From contig NC_043001.1 in NCBI RefSeq assembly GCF_006345805.1, positions 18,662,001 through 18,726,000 on the forward strand: 64,000 nucleotides of DNA, read 5' to 3'. Positions within the stretch are counted from its first letter, which is position 1. Each line of letters opens with the position of its first letter. This DNA comes from Octopus sinensis (taxonomy: Eukaryota). A program made the translations under genes and the position numbers. Below, in pieces: positions 38,690 to 52,203 of this stretch. The notes below the pieces were generated by a model. It did not search any database. It had not been told where the DNA came from and saw only the letters and a list, made by a program, of their open reading frames with translations.

Positions 38690-39523
38690 TATCATAGCAG
38701 CCCAAGATCAATGCCTGCCTACAAGGAACTACCAAGGCAACATATCAAAGAACGGAAGTAGCCAAACATGTCGTGAATTTTAACAACAGAATGAAACCAT
38801 TGATCATGTTGTCTCCATGCGCAGTCTTCTTGCGCCTACAGAGTATCTCAATAGGCATGATAGAGCAGCACAATATATTCACTGGGTAATTTGCAAAACC
38901 CTGGACCTGTACCATGATAAAAACTAGTGGAAACACAAATCACCTCCAGTGCTTGAAAATGACCACATCTCACTCCTCTGAAACTTCACCATTCAAACAG
39001 GCAGAAAGATAAATGCGAATAGGCCAGACATTATATTGAAAGACTTCAGACAAAAATCATGCCTCCTCATTGATATGACTGTCCCAATCGATATAAATGT
39101 ATCAGTCAAGACCTACCAAAAACTGAGCAAGTATAAAGACCTTAAAATAGAAATTGGCAAAATGTGGAAACTCAAGACTAAAACAATAGCTGTTGTCATA
39201 GGTGACCTGGGAATGATAGCAAAAGGGACTGATTCCTACGTAGCTCAGATATCAGGAAACCCCAAAATGGCAGAAATTCAAAAGATAGTGCTCATGGGAA
39301 CTGCCCATAACCTACGTAAAATACTTTCTATGTAATCTAAAATTTTAAAACAAACACATAATTTTCTTATGGTTTCTTAAACATTCTCTAGAACAACACT
39401 ATGTACAAAACCAAATATATGGCACCCTACGCATAACACCAACATGAACTTCTAACTTGTTGTCTCTGGATGAGACTTGGAGCCAGCCAAATTGTACAAA
39501 TACAAAGCAAAAGTCAAACATAA

Positions 39524-39525
<2 letters not shown>
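38690..39525 (+). mobile_element. R4/Dong-clade LINE 3' remnant (zinc-knuckle region, RLE and 3' UTR) ending in (TAA)n
   Basis: ETIDHVVS...YLNRHDRAAQYIHW...NRPDIILKD...LIDMTVP...KLSKYKDL...QKIVLMGTAHNLRKILSM*, with internal stops. Confidence 0.85.
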
Positions 39526-39563
<38 letters not shown>

Positions 39564-39590
39564 TAATAATAATAATAATAATAATGATAA

Positions 39591-40132
39591 ATGCCCTGAT
39601 GTAGTACCAGGTAGAGGCTCTCATAGCTTTTCGTCTTAACTGATTGAAAGTGTTATCATGTACATTGTTTTGTTTTGGTATAAAAGATGGGCTACAGCAA
39701 ATATTCTGCTCCATACCACAGATTTGCTTGTCGGTTGTTTGACCATAACCAGTTGAGCATGTCGCTTAGTGGCTGACGATATCTACCTCTCTGATCTCAA
39801 GCAGAAGTAGTGGGGGAGCATCATAGCCGTGTGTTCAGAGAAATTCTTTGAAATTAGGACAATTCACCTCTGGAAACATGGGTGTTTCGTTCAACATCTT
39901 TAAACAACCCTTATTCAGGGAGCTTTTAAGCGGGCTGGGCAACTCGACCTGGGGCCCCATCTGCAAGGTCATGTGCTTTTAATCTTGATATGAGATCACC
40001 ATGTCGCGGACATATGATTGTGATGCATGTGCCTGGTGTACCCTTATAAGACGGGTAGTCATGATGGGTATACTGGGCTTCGTATATTTTACTTTTATGT
40101 CACTTTGATGGCATGCACTGCTATCTCACTCG
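39591..40132. repeat. Non-coding element of about 540 bp flanked on both sides by (TAA)n
   Basis: GC-richer block with sharp boundaries at TAA tracts and no long ORF; single copy in this window. Confidence 0.5.
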
Positions 40133-40724
40133 ATAATAATAATAATAACAACAATCCTTTCTACTATAGGGCCAAAATTTGAAGTTTTAGGGTATGGGGA
40201 AGTTAATTACATAGAACCCAGTGATTAATTGGTACTTATTTCCTCGATCCCGAAAGGATGAAAGCAAAGGCGACATCGGCGTCATTTCCGCTCAGAACGT
40301 AAAACCGAATATTTTTTCCATTATAGGCACATTTTGGGGAAGGACTGGTCGATTACATTGGTCCCAGTGCTCGACTGATACTTATTTTTTAACACCGAAT
40401 GGATGAAAGGCGAAGCTGACCCCCACAGTATTTGAACTCAGAACATAAAAGTCAGAAGAAAAGTGAATAAGCATTTTGTTCAATGCACTAACGATTCTGA
40501 CATCTCGCTGCCTGAAGGAATTATAAGAAAACATGTGTCAGAGGCACGCGAGTGTGTGGGTAGTATACGTAACTACAGACAAGGTGTTAAAAACAGTACT
40601 CGATGCCAAAGAGTAAAAGTTGTTTATAGTTATTGTAGCAAGCACCTCAAATCTCAAATTTAGTTATCCGAATTTCAAGTTCTTGATTATCAGATTGGAA
40701 AAGGGTGCCTTACATAGTGTTTAA

Positions 40725-40890
40725 GGAAGCGAGGACGCCTGAAGCAGACATAGAAGCGGAGCATTTTGGACGAGCTTAGGACGAGCTCAGGACCACTCAG
40801 GAAGCAGTCAAGAAACATGCCAATGACCGTAAAAAGTGGAAAACAACTGTTGAGGCCCTATGCTCCACAAGGGGCAAAAAGGATTAAGAA
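40725..40890 (+). mobile_element. RTE LINE extreme 3' remnant
   Basis: VKKHANDRKKWKTTVEALCSTRGKKD* resembles RTE C-termini. Confidence 0.6.
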
Positions 40891-40924
40891 GATATAGTGT
40901 TTGTGTCTGCTTGTGACTACATAG

Positions 40925-41392
40925 ACCTCTAAAATAGTGAGATGCCTTGGGCATGATAGCCGTATGAAAGATGGCAGAATCCCCAAGGACATAATCTACG
41001 GAGAGCTTGCTAGGGGTACTAGGTCTGTGGGAAGACCGTTCCTACGTTACAAGGATGTTTGCAAAAGTGACATGAAGGCCTGCAACATCAATATTAGCAA
41101 TTGGGAAGCAGTTGCCAGCAACCGTGGAGTTTGGCGACGTACCGTAAAAGAGGGAACACAAAGGAGTGACAGAGAGAGAGAGAGGAGAAATAGAAAGACA
41201 AGAAAATACGTCAACAAGCCAGGAACAGTCTTCGCTACATTTGCGGCACCTGCCAGAGGTAGTGTTTGTCCAGGATAGGACTACACAGCTACGCTACAGC
41301 AGGAAATGTATTAGGACATGAAATGTAAAAGCCAGACTAGATTATTGTATGCGCAACTCCATCGTCTCCCGAGACAAAAAGGATGCCAACCA
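40925..41392 (+). mobile_element. RTE/BovB-like LINE 3' remnant
   Basis: LGHDSRMKDGRIPKDIIYGEL..G.RSVGRPFLRYKDVCKSDM; YICGTCQR*CLSRIGLHS; terminal gtctcccgagac hairpin. Confidence 0.85.
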
Positions 41393-42733
41393 ATATATAT
41401 TAGTGTAGTTTTCATTCAAAATTATGGGGTTTACTCATAACTTCTCCCAGAAAGTTACAAGTAAAAACCATTTTGTTAGAAACTTACCTCCATTTTCTTT
41501 TCGTGTTTCACGTTGTCTTCTTTCAGTTACTTTTGTTTTTAAACCCCATCAAGCAGTCCACTATTTTTATTGACTCATTCACACACATCCTTACTTAACC
41601 CCTCTCTTCTTTCATCCCTCTTTCAATACCTCACTCATCTATTTATCCAACTTTTCATTACAATAATTCTTGTCTTACCCCACCTCTTTCTTTCTTTCTT
41701 TCTTTCTTTCGTTCGTTCCAGTACATACGCACTGCTTCTGTCTTAGTATATCTCTGTACATTAACTGCTTTCTTCTTTCAGTGATTATTCCGAGCGAAAA
41801 GTTCTAATACCTATGCTCAAAGTGAGAACATCAAAGTGCAAATACGAGAGCAGATAACGACCAGCATTACGTCTCGGAAGACGGCCTTTCTTTTGTTTGC
41901 CTTGCAGTGGACACAGAACTACAGAGACCGCCGTCGACAATGGCAATTAAACAAGGTTAAGATAAAGAACATTATAGCGCAAGCGAATACATTGTCGATA
42001 AATTTATCGCCATAGAATTTATCTGTAGAATATATACATTAGAAATTATTTAAAGTTTTTATTCTTACAGTAAAACCATCACATTTCCTTAACAAAATAA
42101 GAAATTCGAAGACGAAAATAATAAGTAAAAACTTATACACGAAAAAGAATATAACGAAGATTATTTTCAAAATAGAATCACAAACGAAAAAAATGCAGTA
42201 AAAAGATATTATCTTAAATTGGGAGGATGAAGAAACAGTCTAAAAAGACAAATTATGAACAATGTCTCTTAAATAATCCAGTATTTTGTGATTTTTGATA
42301 TTCATTGATGAAGCATTGAATTCATGACGTACAATTTGTATCTTTCTTTCCTTTTTTTGTGGTGATAACCAGTTCTATTAGTACTGAGTCTTCTGTTCGT
42401 TGCTTCTCCATGATTTCTAAAAAAAATTCCTAATGGTAAAATGGAATCTTTTTTATCATTGAATTTATTTTTTCGTTGTTAATGAAATATAGTGTATTTA
42501 CTCTGAGAATAAAGATAATAAAAAAAAGACGAAAAAAAAACGACTTAAAATAATGTTTAGCGCGTATTTTGTTTTGCGTAGAGAAAAAATCTTGATGAAT
42601 TTATCGAATTTGTTTTTGCTCACCATAGAATTAAGTTGCCTGGGAATTGCTAGTGGATGAAATTATAGATGCAGGATTTACAGTAAAGTAAATCCAAAAT
42701 GAATTTACAGTGAAGCCATATATATATATATAT

Positions 42734-42773
<40 letters not shown>

Positions 42774-43144
42774 GTGTGTGTGTGTGTCTATATATGTATA
42801 TATATATAAGTATAAATATATATATGTATATATATAAATATATGTATATGTATGTATATATATATGTATGTATATATATATATGTATATGTATATATATG
42901 TATGTATATGTATATATATATGTTTATATATATATGTATATATATGTATATGTATATATATATATGTATATATGTATATGTATATATATATATTTGTATA
43001 TATGTATATATGTGTATATGTATATATGTGTATATGCATATATGTGTATATGTATATATGTGTATATGCATATATGTATATATGTGTATATGTATATATA
43101 TGTGTATATGTATATATGTGTATATGCATATATGTATATATGTG

Positions 43145-43189
<45 letters not shown>

Positions 43190-43713
43190 ATGTGTGTGTG
43201 AGTGTAGAATTGCATGTACACAAACATACACACTAATACACACAAATATAAGCATGCATATACAGAAAGAGAGAGACAGCGAGATAGATAGATAGAGAGA
43301 AATAGAGAGATAGATAGATAGGTAGGTAGAGAGAGAGATAGAAAGAGAGAGCGAGATAGAGAGAGAGAGTCCGACAGAAAGCAAACGAAACCAGAAATTT
43401 ATAAAATATTTAGTTACACTATTTTACGCATTTCATTTGCATAGAATGGTTATTAGTTTCGAAACGTAAATTATATAATCAAATTGCTTTGTCAAGCTTT
43501 CAGAGACGCGTAACTTTCCTTCGTCATATTACTGGATGAGATATTTGCCATCACCGGATAAGATATTTGCCTATCTGCTGATTGCTAAAATCACAAATCA
43601 AGAATCGACCAGACTATCAGCTCGAAATTCCACTTACATTCGTGGTTCTTATCTTGGGTTGCAGCGCAATTTTGGGTACATCGGGTGCTCACATAGGGTA
43701 ATAAATATCTGTT

Positions 43714-44099
43714 CCTTTATTACCCACAAGGGGCTAAACACAGAGGGGACACACAAGGACAGACAAACGGATTAAGTCGATTACATCGACCCCAGTGCGT
43801 AAGGATGAAAGGCAAAGTCGACCTCGGCGGAGTTTGAACTCAGAACCTAACGGCAGACGAAATACCTATTTCTTTATTACCCACAAGGGGCTAAACACAG
43901 AGGGGACAAACAAGGACAGACAAACGGATCAAGTCGATTACATCGTCCCCAGTGCGTAACTAGTACTTAACTTATCGACCCCGAAAGGATGAAAGGCAAA
44001 GTCGACCTCGGCGGAATTTGAACTCAGAACGTAACGGCAGACGAAATACGGCTACGCATTTCGCTCGGTGTGCTAACGATTCTGCCAGATCGCCGCCTT
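43714..44099 (-). mobile_element. SINE family D, two units, inserted in the unclassified repeat
   Basis: Junction at 43866/43867; the second unit has an internal deletion. Confidence 0.85.
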
Positions 44100-44188
44100 G
44101 TGATAAATATCAAGGAGGAGTGATGGTATGAAGTGGCGCATCATGGGACGTACAGGGTGTGCAAGCCGCACATGTTTATATGTATCTA

Positions 44189-44279
<91 letters not shown>

Positions 44280-44293
44280 TGTATGTATGTATG

Positions 44294-44332
<39 letters not shown>

Positions 44333-45119
44333 TACGTACACGCTCGTTTAGGCTTCTATTTTCTAAACCGTGTCTTCGATTCAGCTTATATTTACGAATA
44401 ATTCGAGATAAATTTAATTTAAAAAACTCCGCTCAGATGTCGTCATCGACATTGTTACCTCCCGGAATAAGCTGAATCTATAACAACTAAATGTTATTCA
44501 CGCATTACTATCAACCGAACATTAATTACTTTCCGTTGCTGCTGCTACTACTGCTATTACAAATGCTGTTGCTACTACAAATACTATTGATTCTAATGTT
44601 CTTTCATTACTATTACGATGATAGTGTTTGTTTTTTTTTACTTAAATAGCAATAAAGCCATAAATGAAATTTCTTTTTGACATTACAGAATCATAGACTT
44701 AAGAACATGGACGAAAATATTGTATAAAACGATTGAATGAAACAAAAGCTACAGACAATCCCTTACTGTCGACGAAAAGGCTTTCATATCACTCAAAGAA
44801 AAATGTTACAATAACCAGTCATTTGCGACTTGTAAAAATTGCCATTTGGCCTAATTCGCTGATGCCAAAGACATTTCACTTTCTCATTTCCTTTAATGAG
44901 ATTTATCCGTTGCCTAGCCTCCAAATGAACGTCTGCGCCGTCTCTCGACCATCCCACAATAACAACCAACTCCACCATAATTTCTATTCAGCCTTTAATC
45001 CTTTATCTGTCCTCTGTACTGCACGTGATACGCAGCACGTATTTCCCCGGCGTCCATGCATCATATATGATACACATTCTCAATTCTTTTCAACTACCCG
45101 AGTAGGATTTCTGATAGAA

Positions 45120-45360
45120 AAGCTTTATCAAAGAGGAAAAGGATCCCATCAACTTCAAACAGAGTCTGGATAGATTCCTTCAAAGAATACCAGATAAGCC
45201 ACCCATAATTGGATACAACTCACCCAACAAGAACTCACAACTTGAACAAAACTTGACTTCAACAGGATTCGAATAATCCTATCAGGTGGTGCTATTAAGT
45301 TAGACATGGCCTGGACCAATCTCTGGTCGAAACATATCTAAGTTTATCTAAGTTTATATC
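45120..45360 (+). mobile_element. CR1/L2-group LINE 3' remnant
   Basis: DPINFKQSLDRFLQRIPDKPPIIGY...NS, followed by a (ctaagtttat)2 tail. Confidence 0.55.
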
Positions 45361-46466
45361 ATTTAGAACGATTGAAATAAGGACTAAGTTAAAGTCTGAA
45401 AATAATCATGGACGTTTAGGAAAAAACTGTAAAATTGCTTTGACCAGGCAAAGGGTTAAAATGAAACCTGTGCTTCAATTTTTAAGTTTTACTGCTGTAT
45501 GAACCAAATTAAAGATGGATGTGTCATATCATGAACGATAATAAAAGCATAAAATTTAAGCCTAAACTAACACAATGGAGTCCATTTATTCTGTGTATCA
45601 TTCCTATCAAATTACTCTTAAACAATAGATAATTATTCTGCATCATACGTAAACTAAAACAGCCCACTTACAAAAAACCTTATCGCCCCTCAAGCAATCA
45701 AGAGGTTTTATTTGTGTCATGTAACCCATTCTTTCACATGAATTGATCATAATAAGTCTGTCCGGATTGGGTAGGTATGATAGAAGACATTTCAGCCCCG
45801 ACAGTCTTCTGTCTCTCTATCCAGGATGACATTATACAGAATGTCCTTCCCTGTTTGTGACGTTAGAGCGTAATATAGAGGAGATTTGGCTGCTGTTTCT
45901 ATCGGTAAGTTTGTTCATTAATATATGTTCAAATTGAAAAGAACATGTAAAAGCAGTAAATTAAAACGACATAGATGCTATCCTCACTTAGCATCTCAGC
46001 ACCTCAACAAAGAAACAACACACAGTAATGAAAGTAATAAAACGATGAGACGAGGTCGATAAATTGCTGTTGTGATGAAAACATTATCATTATTAAATGC
46101 CAGACCGAATTACATTCGTTGTTTGCTAAGTGAATTCTGATGAGAGCAAAGCTCCACAGGGAAATAAGAATGTAATGGGAAGAGCATTTTTATTTTCACC
46201 ACGTCTGTAATACGAGACCCACTTTGATCGTTTTCTGCAGGCATTTATCTATTTATTATTCTAGCATTCTATGTCGTATATGGTGAGCAATAAGATATCA
46301 TTGGTTACAGGTTTTTCAACAGGCCAATCGATGGCTCACAGCATTTAGGACGACTATTGTTGCATGACGATATTCGTAACTCGGTGCTGAACAAATATTT
46401 TCAGGGCGCTTCGTTCGCAGAACATTGTTTTCTTTCTCTATATTCTAATCGTTGTTAATGGATGGA

Positions 46467-46844
46467 TGGAAGCACTCCGTCGGTTACGACGACGAGGGTT
46501 CCGGTTGATCCGATCAACGGAACAGCGTGCTCGTAAAATTAACGTGTAAGTGGCTGAGCACTCCACAGACACGTGTACCCTTAACGTAGTTCTCAGGAGA
46601 GATTCAGCGTGACACAGAGAGTGACAAGGCCGGCCCTTCGAAATACAACAGAAACAGGAAGTAAGAGTGAGAGAAAGTTGTGGTGAAAGAGTACAGCAGG
46701 GATCACGACCATCCCCTGCCGGAACCTCGTGGAGCTTTAAGTGTTTTCGCTCAATAAATACTCACAATGCCCGGTCTGAGAATCGAAACCGCGATCCTAC
46801 GACCGCGAATCCGCTGCCCTAACCACTGGGCCATTGCGCCTCCA
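46467..46844 (-). mobile_element. SINE family A with 15-bp TSD ctaatcgttgttaat
   Basis: TSD at 46445-46459 and 46845-46859. Confidence 0.9.
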
Positions 46845-47358
46845 CTAATCGTTGTTAATATTCCTTCGCCGACATTCACCACCAAAAGATACACACACAC
46901 ACATAACAATTCTACTTGTCATTATGTTACTTAGCCCTTCAGTGACGCTTTCAAGTGATTAGAGAAAACGAGGGAGAAAGAAAAGAGGAAGAGAGAAAAA
47001 GAGGATTAGGCGAAGAGTGAGATAGAAAGAGAGAGAAAGAGAAAGGAGAGAGAAGACAGAGAGAGAGAAGCGTCCATGACGAGTGGTAGGGGGAGCGTAA
47101 TATTTATTTCATGGTTAAAAATGTTAGTTGAAGATAGTGATATAGAGGAGAGTTAGGAATATAATTTTAGAAGAGGGTTGACGTTTGGATGATGAGATTA
47201 AAGAATGGGAGAGGGAAGGAGAGGAGAGAAAAAGGGGTAGAGAGAAAAAGAGAGAGAGTGAGAGATTATGGTGGTAGTGGTGGTGATGGTGAGTGCATAG
47301 TGAAAAGTAATTTTTTTTAATTGAACTAAGTTTTTTTTATATCACTTGACGCATGCGC

Positions 47359-47641
47359 ATCCCAAACTTGCTATTCACTTTAGAAAGAAACCAGATTCCC
47401 GTTCGCCTGTCATATGCAATGACTCTTTCACGCTTTTACTCGTTTCAGTCATTTGACTGCGGCCATGCACCGCCTTTTAGTTGAGCAAATCAACCCCAGG
47501 ACTTATTCTTTGTAAGCCTAGTACTTATTCTATCAGTGTCTTTTGCCGAACTGCTAAGTTTCGGGGATGTAAACACACCAGCATCGGTTGTCAAGCGATG
47601 TTGGGGGGACAAACAGACACACAAACATATACACACACACT

Positions 47642-47705
<64 letters not shown>

Positions 47706-48078
47706 TATGACAAGCTTCTTTTAGTTTCCGTCTACCAAATCCACTCACAAAGCTTTGGTCGGCCCGAAGCTATGGTAGAAGACACTTGCCCGAGGTGCCA
47801 CGCAGTGGGACTGAAACCGGAAACATGTGGTTCGTAAGCAAGCTACTTACCACACTGCCACTCCTACGTCTGTCAATAAATCACAAGGGTAGACATTTGA
47901 TAAAGTGGAGCTGTTCTTGCCTGAACCCGTATTCGGTCATGGCCAGATTTATGTTGCATTCTCAAGGGTTCCCAAGTTATCTGATGTGAGAGTTAAAGTT
48001 ATCAACACTGACACACAAGGGGAAAAAGAGGGAGAACTTTCACGGAGAACACAAATCTGCAAAGAAGTATTGGATTGA
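47359..48078 (+). pseudogene. Helitron RepHel PIF1-type helicase C-terminal relic, split by SINE C (47425-47868, minus strand)
   Basis: IPNLLFTLERNQIPVRLSYAMT [SINE] SVNKSQG*TFDKVELFLPEPVFGHGQIYVAFSRV...KEVLD*, matching the FPVRL.FAMTINKSQGQT and HGQLYVA.SRV helicase motifs. Confidence 0.85.
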
Positions 48079-48298
48079 AAGGTATACGCAAATTGAAATA
48101 TGTATTGGCTCTGACCCATCGTCTTGGCTTGTAAGTTACCAAGATGTGGTTTTTAGAGTACGCCATGTTGCATTAAACTTTTATCCCCGTGAATCAGCGA
48201 CCCCTATATTTTAAATATGAAAAAAATTTTTAATAAAATTTTTGTTTTCTAGATATGAAATTGTGATCATGTAAATTATAAAATGTAATTTTTTTTCT

Positions 48299-48568
48299 GC
48301 GTGGAAGGTGTTTATAAGCCATTTAAGAAACACACAAAAACAGTTAGATTCACTTCAAAATTTAAATTTAATCTGTCAAAATATTTTCGTCGCTTTGAGA
48401 CCGCAACCTGTTCACTGACAAAATTCCGTGCTGCATCTCTGAATTTTGTTAGTGAACAGGTCGCGGTCTCAAAGCGATGAAAATATTTTGACAAATTAAA
48501 TTTAAATGTTGAAGTGAATCTAACGGTTTTTGTGTGTTTCTTAAATGGCTTATAAACACCTTCCACGC
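48299..48568. repeat. Inverted repeat (about 128-bp arms, 14-bp spacer), MITE-like or fold-back
   Basis: gcgtggaaggtgtttataagcc...gacaaaattc versus gaattttgtt...ggcttataaacaccttccacgc; arms differ mainly by transitions. Confidence 0.9.
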
Positions 48569-48820
48569 TGTAATTGTTTTCGTTCCAGCACACGATCTCA
48601 GATCAGGTCACTTGCTATGCAAGTAAATCTCCGTAATTTTTTTTCTGTTTATGGGGAAAATGGAAAAATATGAGTGAATATTTATTTTATGAGTGCTGCG
48701 TATTAAGTCTATAAAATTGTGCATAAAGTATATAAAATGTATATATATATATGAAGTGCATTAAGTAATCATCGTATTGCAGTTTATTTCACGTTTCAAT
48801 GATTAGAAGATTTTAAAGAC

Positions 48821-49137
48821 TCCGCCGGTTACGACGACGAGGGTCCTAGCTGATACGATCAACGGAACAGCTTGCTCGTGAAATTAACGTGCAAATGGCT
48901 GAGCATTCCACAGACACGTGTACCCTTAACGTAGTTCTCGGGGATAATCAGCGTGACACAGAGAGTGACAAGGCTGACCCTTTGAAATACAAGTACAACT
49001 CATTTTTGCCAGCTGAGTGGACTGGAGCAACGTGAAATAAAGTGTCTTGCTCAAGGACACAACGCGTCGCCGGGAATCGAACTCACAACCTTACGATCAT
49101 GAGCCGAATGCCCTAACCACTAAGCCACGCGCTCTCA
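48821..49137 (-). mobile_element. SINE family A2 with TSD tgattagaagat
   Basis: Full match; 12-bp duplication on the flanks. Confidence 0.85.
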
Positions 49138-49959
49138 CTGATTAGAAGATAAACGATAGGACACAACACAGGCTACGCTTTCAGTTTTTTTGGATAAAGT
49201 TTTCAGGAATAACCCAACAAGTTTACTATTACATTTTATAATTTACATGATCACAAGGGTTCCGCTAGTATATATAAATGTTTGTTTTTACGTCAGTTTT
49301 TATATTAAATAATTTAACATTAAGCTGAAAAATTCTTCACTACTTTTTAGTAGAGTAGAGTACATGTTTATTAGGGGGTGGTGGTGAACCCTGTTGTACT
49401 CTTTCGCCCCAACTTTCTCTCACTCTTTTTTCCTGTTTCTTGAGCAACGCTGCGATGGACTGGCGTCCTGTCCAGCTGGGGGGATGGGGGACACAAACTC
49501 CACAGAAACCGGGAAGTCGAGCCCATGTGACTGGCTAGGCTTGAAAAGGGCGAGCAAGGCATAAGAGAAAGAGAGAGAGAGACACACACACACACACTCG
49601 ATAATGTAGTCTTAGATGCACTAAAACCAAGAGAACAATGTATATGGTGTAGGATGGAGGATGTAGCGATGATACAGGAAAACCACCGCAATTACAACTA
49701 CCGTATAAACATCCGTCAAATATAGCTTGCTTCGATTTATTAATAATGGTTTGTAATTTAGACCCAAAGGTAGAAATTTTTGCGGGAGGGAATTAATCGA
49801 TATTATCGATTCTGGTAATTGACAAGTATTTTATTTTATCGATCCCAGAGGGACGATAGGGTTAGGGTGTTGTACGCAAGGTCAGGGTTTCGATTCCCAC
49901 ACCGACTGTATGTTGCACTCTTAAGCGAAATATTTCTCCAGTTAATACTGGTTTCAAAT

Positions 49960-51125
49960 TTTGGCACCAGGCCAACAATTTCAGGGGAGGAGATGTGTCT
50001 ATTACATCAACTCCAGGGTTAAATTAGTAATTATTTTATCGACCCTGAAAGGATAAATGGCAAAATCGGAATCGGCGTAATTTGAACTCAGAACGTTAAG
50101 TCGAACGAAATGCCGCTAAGCATTTTGTCCAGCGCGCTAACAATTTTTTCTAGCTCGCCGCCTTTCCGATAGCTAATAATCATTTCTACTAAAGGTACCA
50201 GGCCTAAAATTTGGGGTGAGGGGACTAGTTGATTATATCAACCCCAGTTCACAACTGGTACTTAATTTATCGACCTCGAAATGATGAAAGGCAAAGTCGA
50301 CCTCGGCGGAATTTGAACTCAGAACGTGAAGACGGAAATTCCGCTTAGCATTTCGCCCAGCGTGCTAACGATTCTGCCAGCTTGCCGCTTTTCCGCAAGT
50401 TAATAATAGCTTCAAATTTAGCTACAAGGGCAGCAATCTTGGGATGAGTGGATTACATCGACCCCAGTGTTCTATTGGTACTTATCGACCCTGAAAGGAT
50501 GAAGGGCAAAGTTAACCTCGGCGGAATTCCGCTAGTTAATAATGCTTTCTGATAAAGGCAAAAGACCTGAAACTTGGTGAGAGGGGGCCAATCGATTAGA
50601 TCAACCCCAGTACGCAACTGATACCTAATTTATCGATCCCGAAAGGATGAAAGGCAAAGTCGACCCCGGCGGAATTTGAACTCAGAACGTGAAGACAGAC
50701 GAAATGCCGCTAAGCATTTTGCCCGGCGTGCCAACAATTCTTATTTCTTTACTCTCCACAAGGGGCTACACAGAGGGGACAAACAAGGACAGACAAACGA
50801 ATTAAGTCGATTATATCAACCCCAGTGCGTAACTGGTACTTATTTAATCGAACCCGAAAGGATGAAAGGTAAAGACGACCTCGGCGGAATTTGAACTCAG
50901 AACATAAGACAGACGAAATTTCACTAAGCATTTCTCCCGGCGTGCTAACGATTCTGCCAGCTCGCCGTTATTCTGCTAGTTAATAATGGTTTCAAATTTT
51001 CTCACAAGGGCAGCAATCACGAGGGAGGGGATGAGTCGATTACATCAACCTCAGTGTTCAACTTGTACTTAATTTATCGACCCCGGAAGGATGAAAGGCA
51101 AAGTCAACCTCGGCGGAATTCCGCT
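49960..51125 (-). mobile_element. Cluster of diverged SINE D-like copies with a younger D unit nested at about 50738-50970
   Basis: Repeated atcgaccccgaaaggatgaaaggcaaagtcgacctcggcggaatt blocks with alternative tails. Confidence 0.75.
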
Positions 51126-51499
51126 AGTTAATAAATAATATTTTGATTTAGAAGATCGCACTAAAAGCCTAACCGTCCACCCGAGTTCAGTGTTGTTCAT
51201 TGTTATGACTTTCAATTACTCGGGGTCGATAACATTGCACTGGATCCAATTCACTCAACCGTATCCCCACCCCTTCGGTACCCCATGTATGTCCTTGTGC
51301 CAGTATAAGAAATCGATACTGAATTTCTACTTAAGCTTATGGCAATATTTTGTTGATGACGACGAATATATCGATTATTTCATCGATCTTGAGAGAAATT
51401 CTGAATCGAAGTAAATAGTGTGTGACTAAACAGCCGGCTTCCGTGTAGTTTCTGTTAATTCATTCTTACGAGAGAGTGTTTCTGACCACTGCTGCCATC

Positions 51500-52005
51500 G
51501 CTACCTCTGTCGCCTCCGCCATAACTATCGCCACCTCTGCCACACTCGCCGCCGCCGCCGCCGCCGTCACATCCGTCACGACGACAGCCACCAACGCCGC
51601 CGTCACGACGACGGCGACGACGACGACGACCACCACCACCACTGTCACATCCGTCACGACGACAGCCACCACGACCACCACCAACGCCGCCACCACAATC
51701 ACCGTCACAACGACAGCCACCACCACCACTACCACCGCCGCCACCACCACCACTACCACCGCCGCCACCACAACCACCGTCACAACGACAGCCACCACCA
51801 CCACTACCACCGCCGCCACCACCACCACTACCACCGCCGCCACCACCACCACTACCACCGCCGCCACCACAACCACCGTCACAACGACAGCCACCACCAC
51901 CACCGCCGCGACGACAACCACCACCACAACCACCACCACCACCACCGCCGCCGCCGCCACCACCACCACCACCACCACTACCACCACTACTACTACTACT
52001 ACTAC
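51500..52005. repeat. GC-rich compound (ACC/GCC/ACG) trinucleotide minisatellite
   Basis: Direct reading; gives poly-Thr, poly-Gly and poly-Val pseudo-ORFs; abuts a degraded C-like SINE head at about 52030-52170. Confidence 0.9.
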
Positions 52006-52203
52006 ATATAAAGACACACACACACGTCTATGAAAGGCTTTCACACAGTTTCCGTCTACTGAATTCACTCGCAAAGCATTGGCCGGCCCGGAGCTATAGT
52101 AGAAAACACTTGTCTAAGGTCCGAGCAGTAGAACTGAACCGCAAACCAGGTGGTTTCAAGCGAGCTTCTTAACTATTGAACCATTCTTTTATATGCGTAA
52201 ATT

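Noticed and set aside
46138-46180. CTGATGA GAGC aaa GCTC cacagg GAAA as a hammerhead
   Set aside because: Six extra nucleotides separate stem II from GAAA, and no helix I or III with an NUH site can be formed.
41908-46282. Plus-strand candidate exons at 41908-41955 (48 nt) and 46241-46282 (42 nt, GIYLFIILAFYVVYG)
   Set aside because: Acceptors are good, but donors are weak or moderate and there is no homology; chance splice-like motifs are common here.
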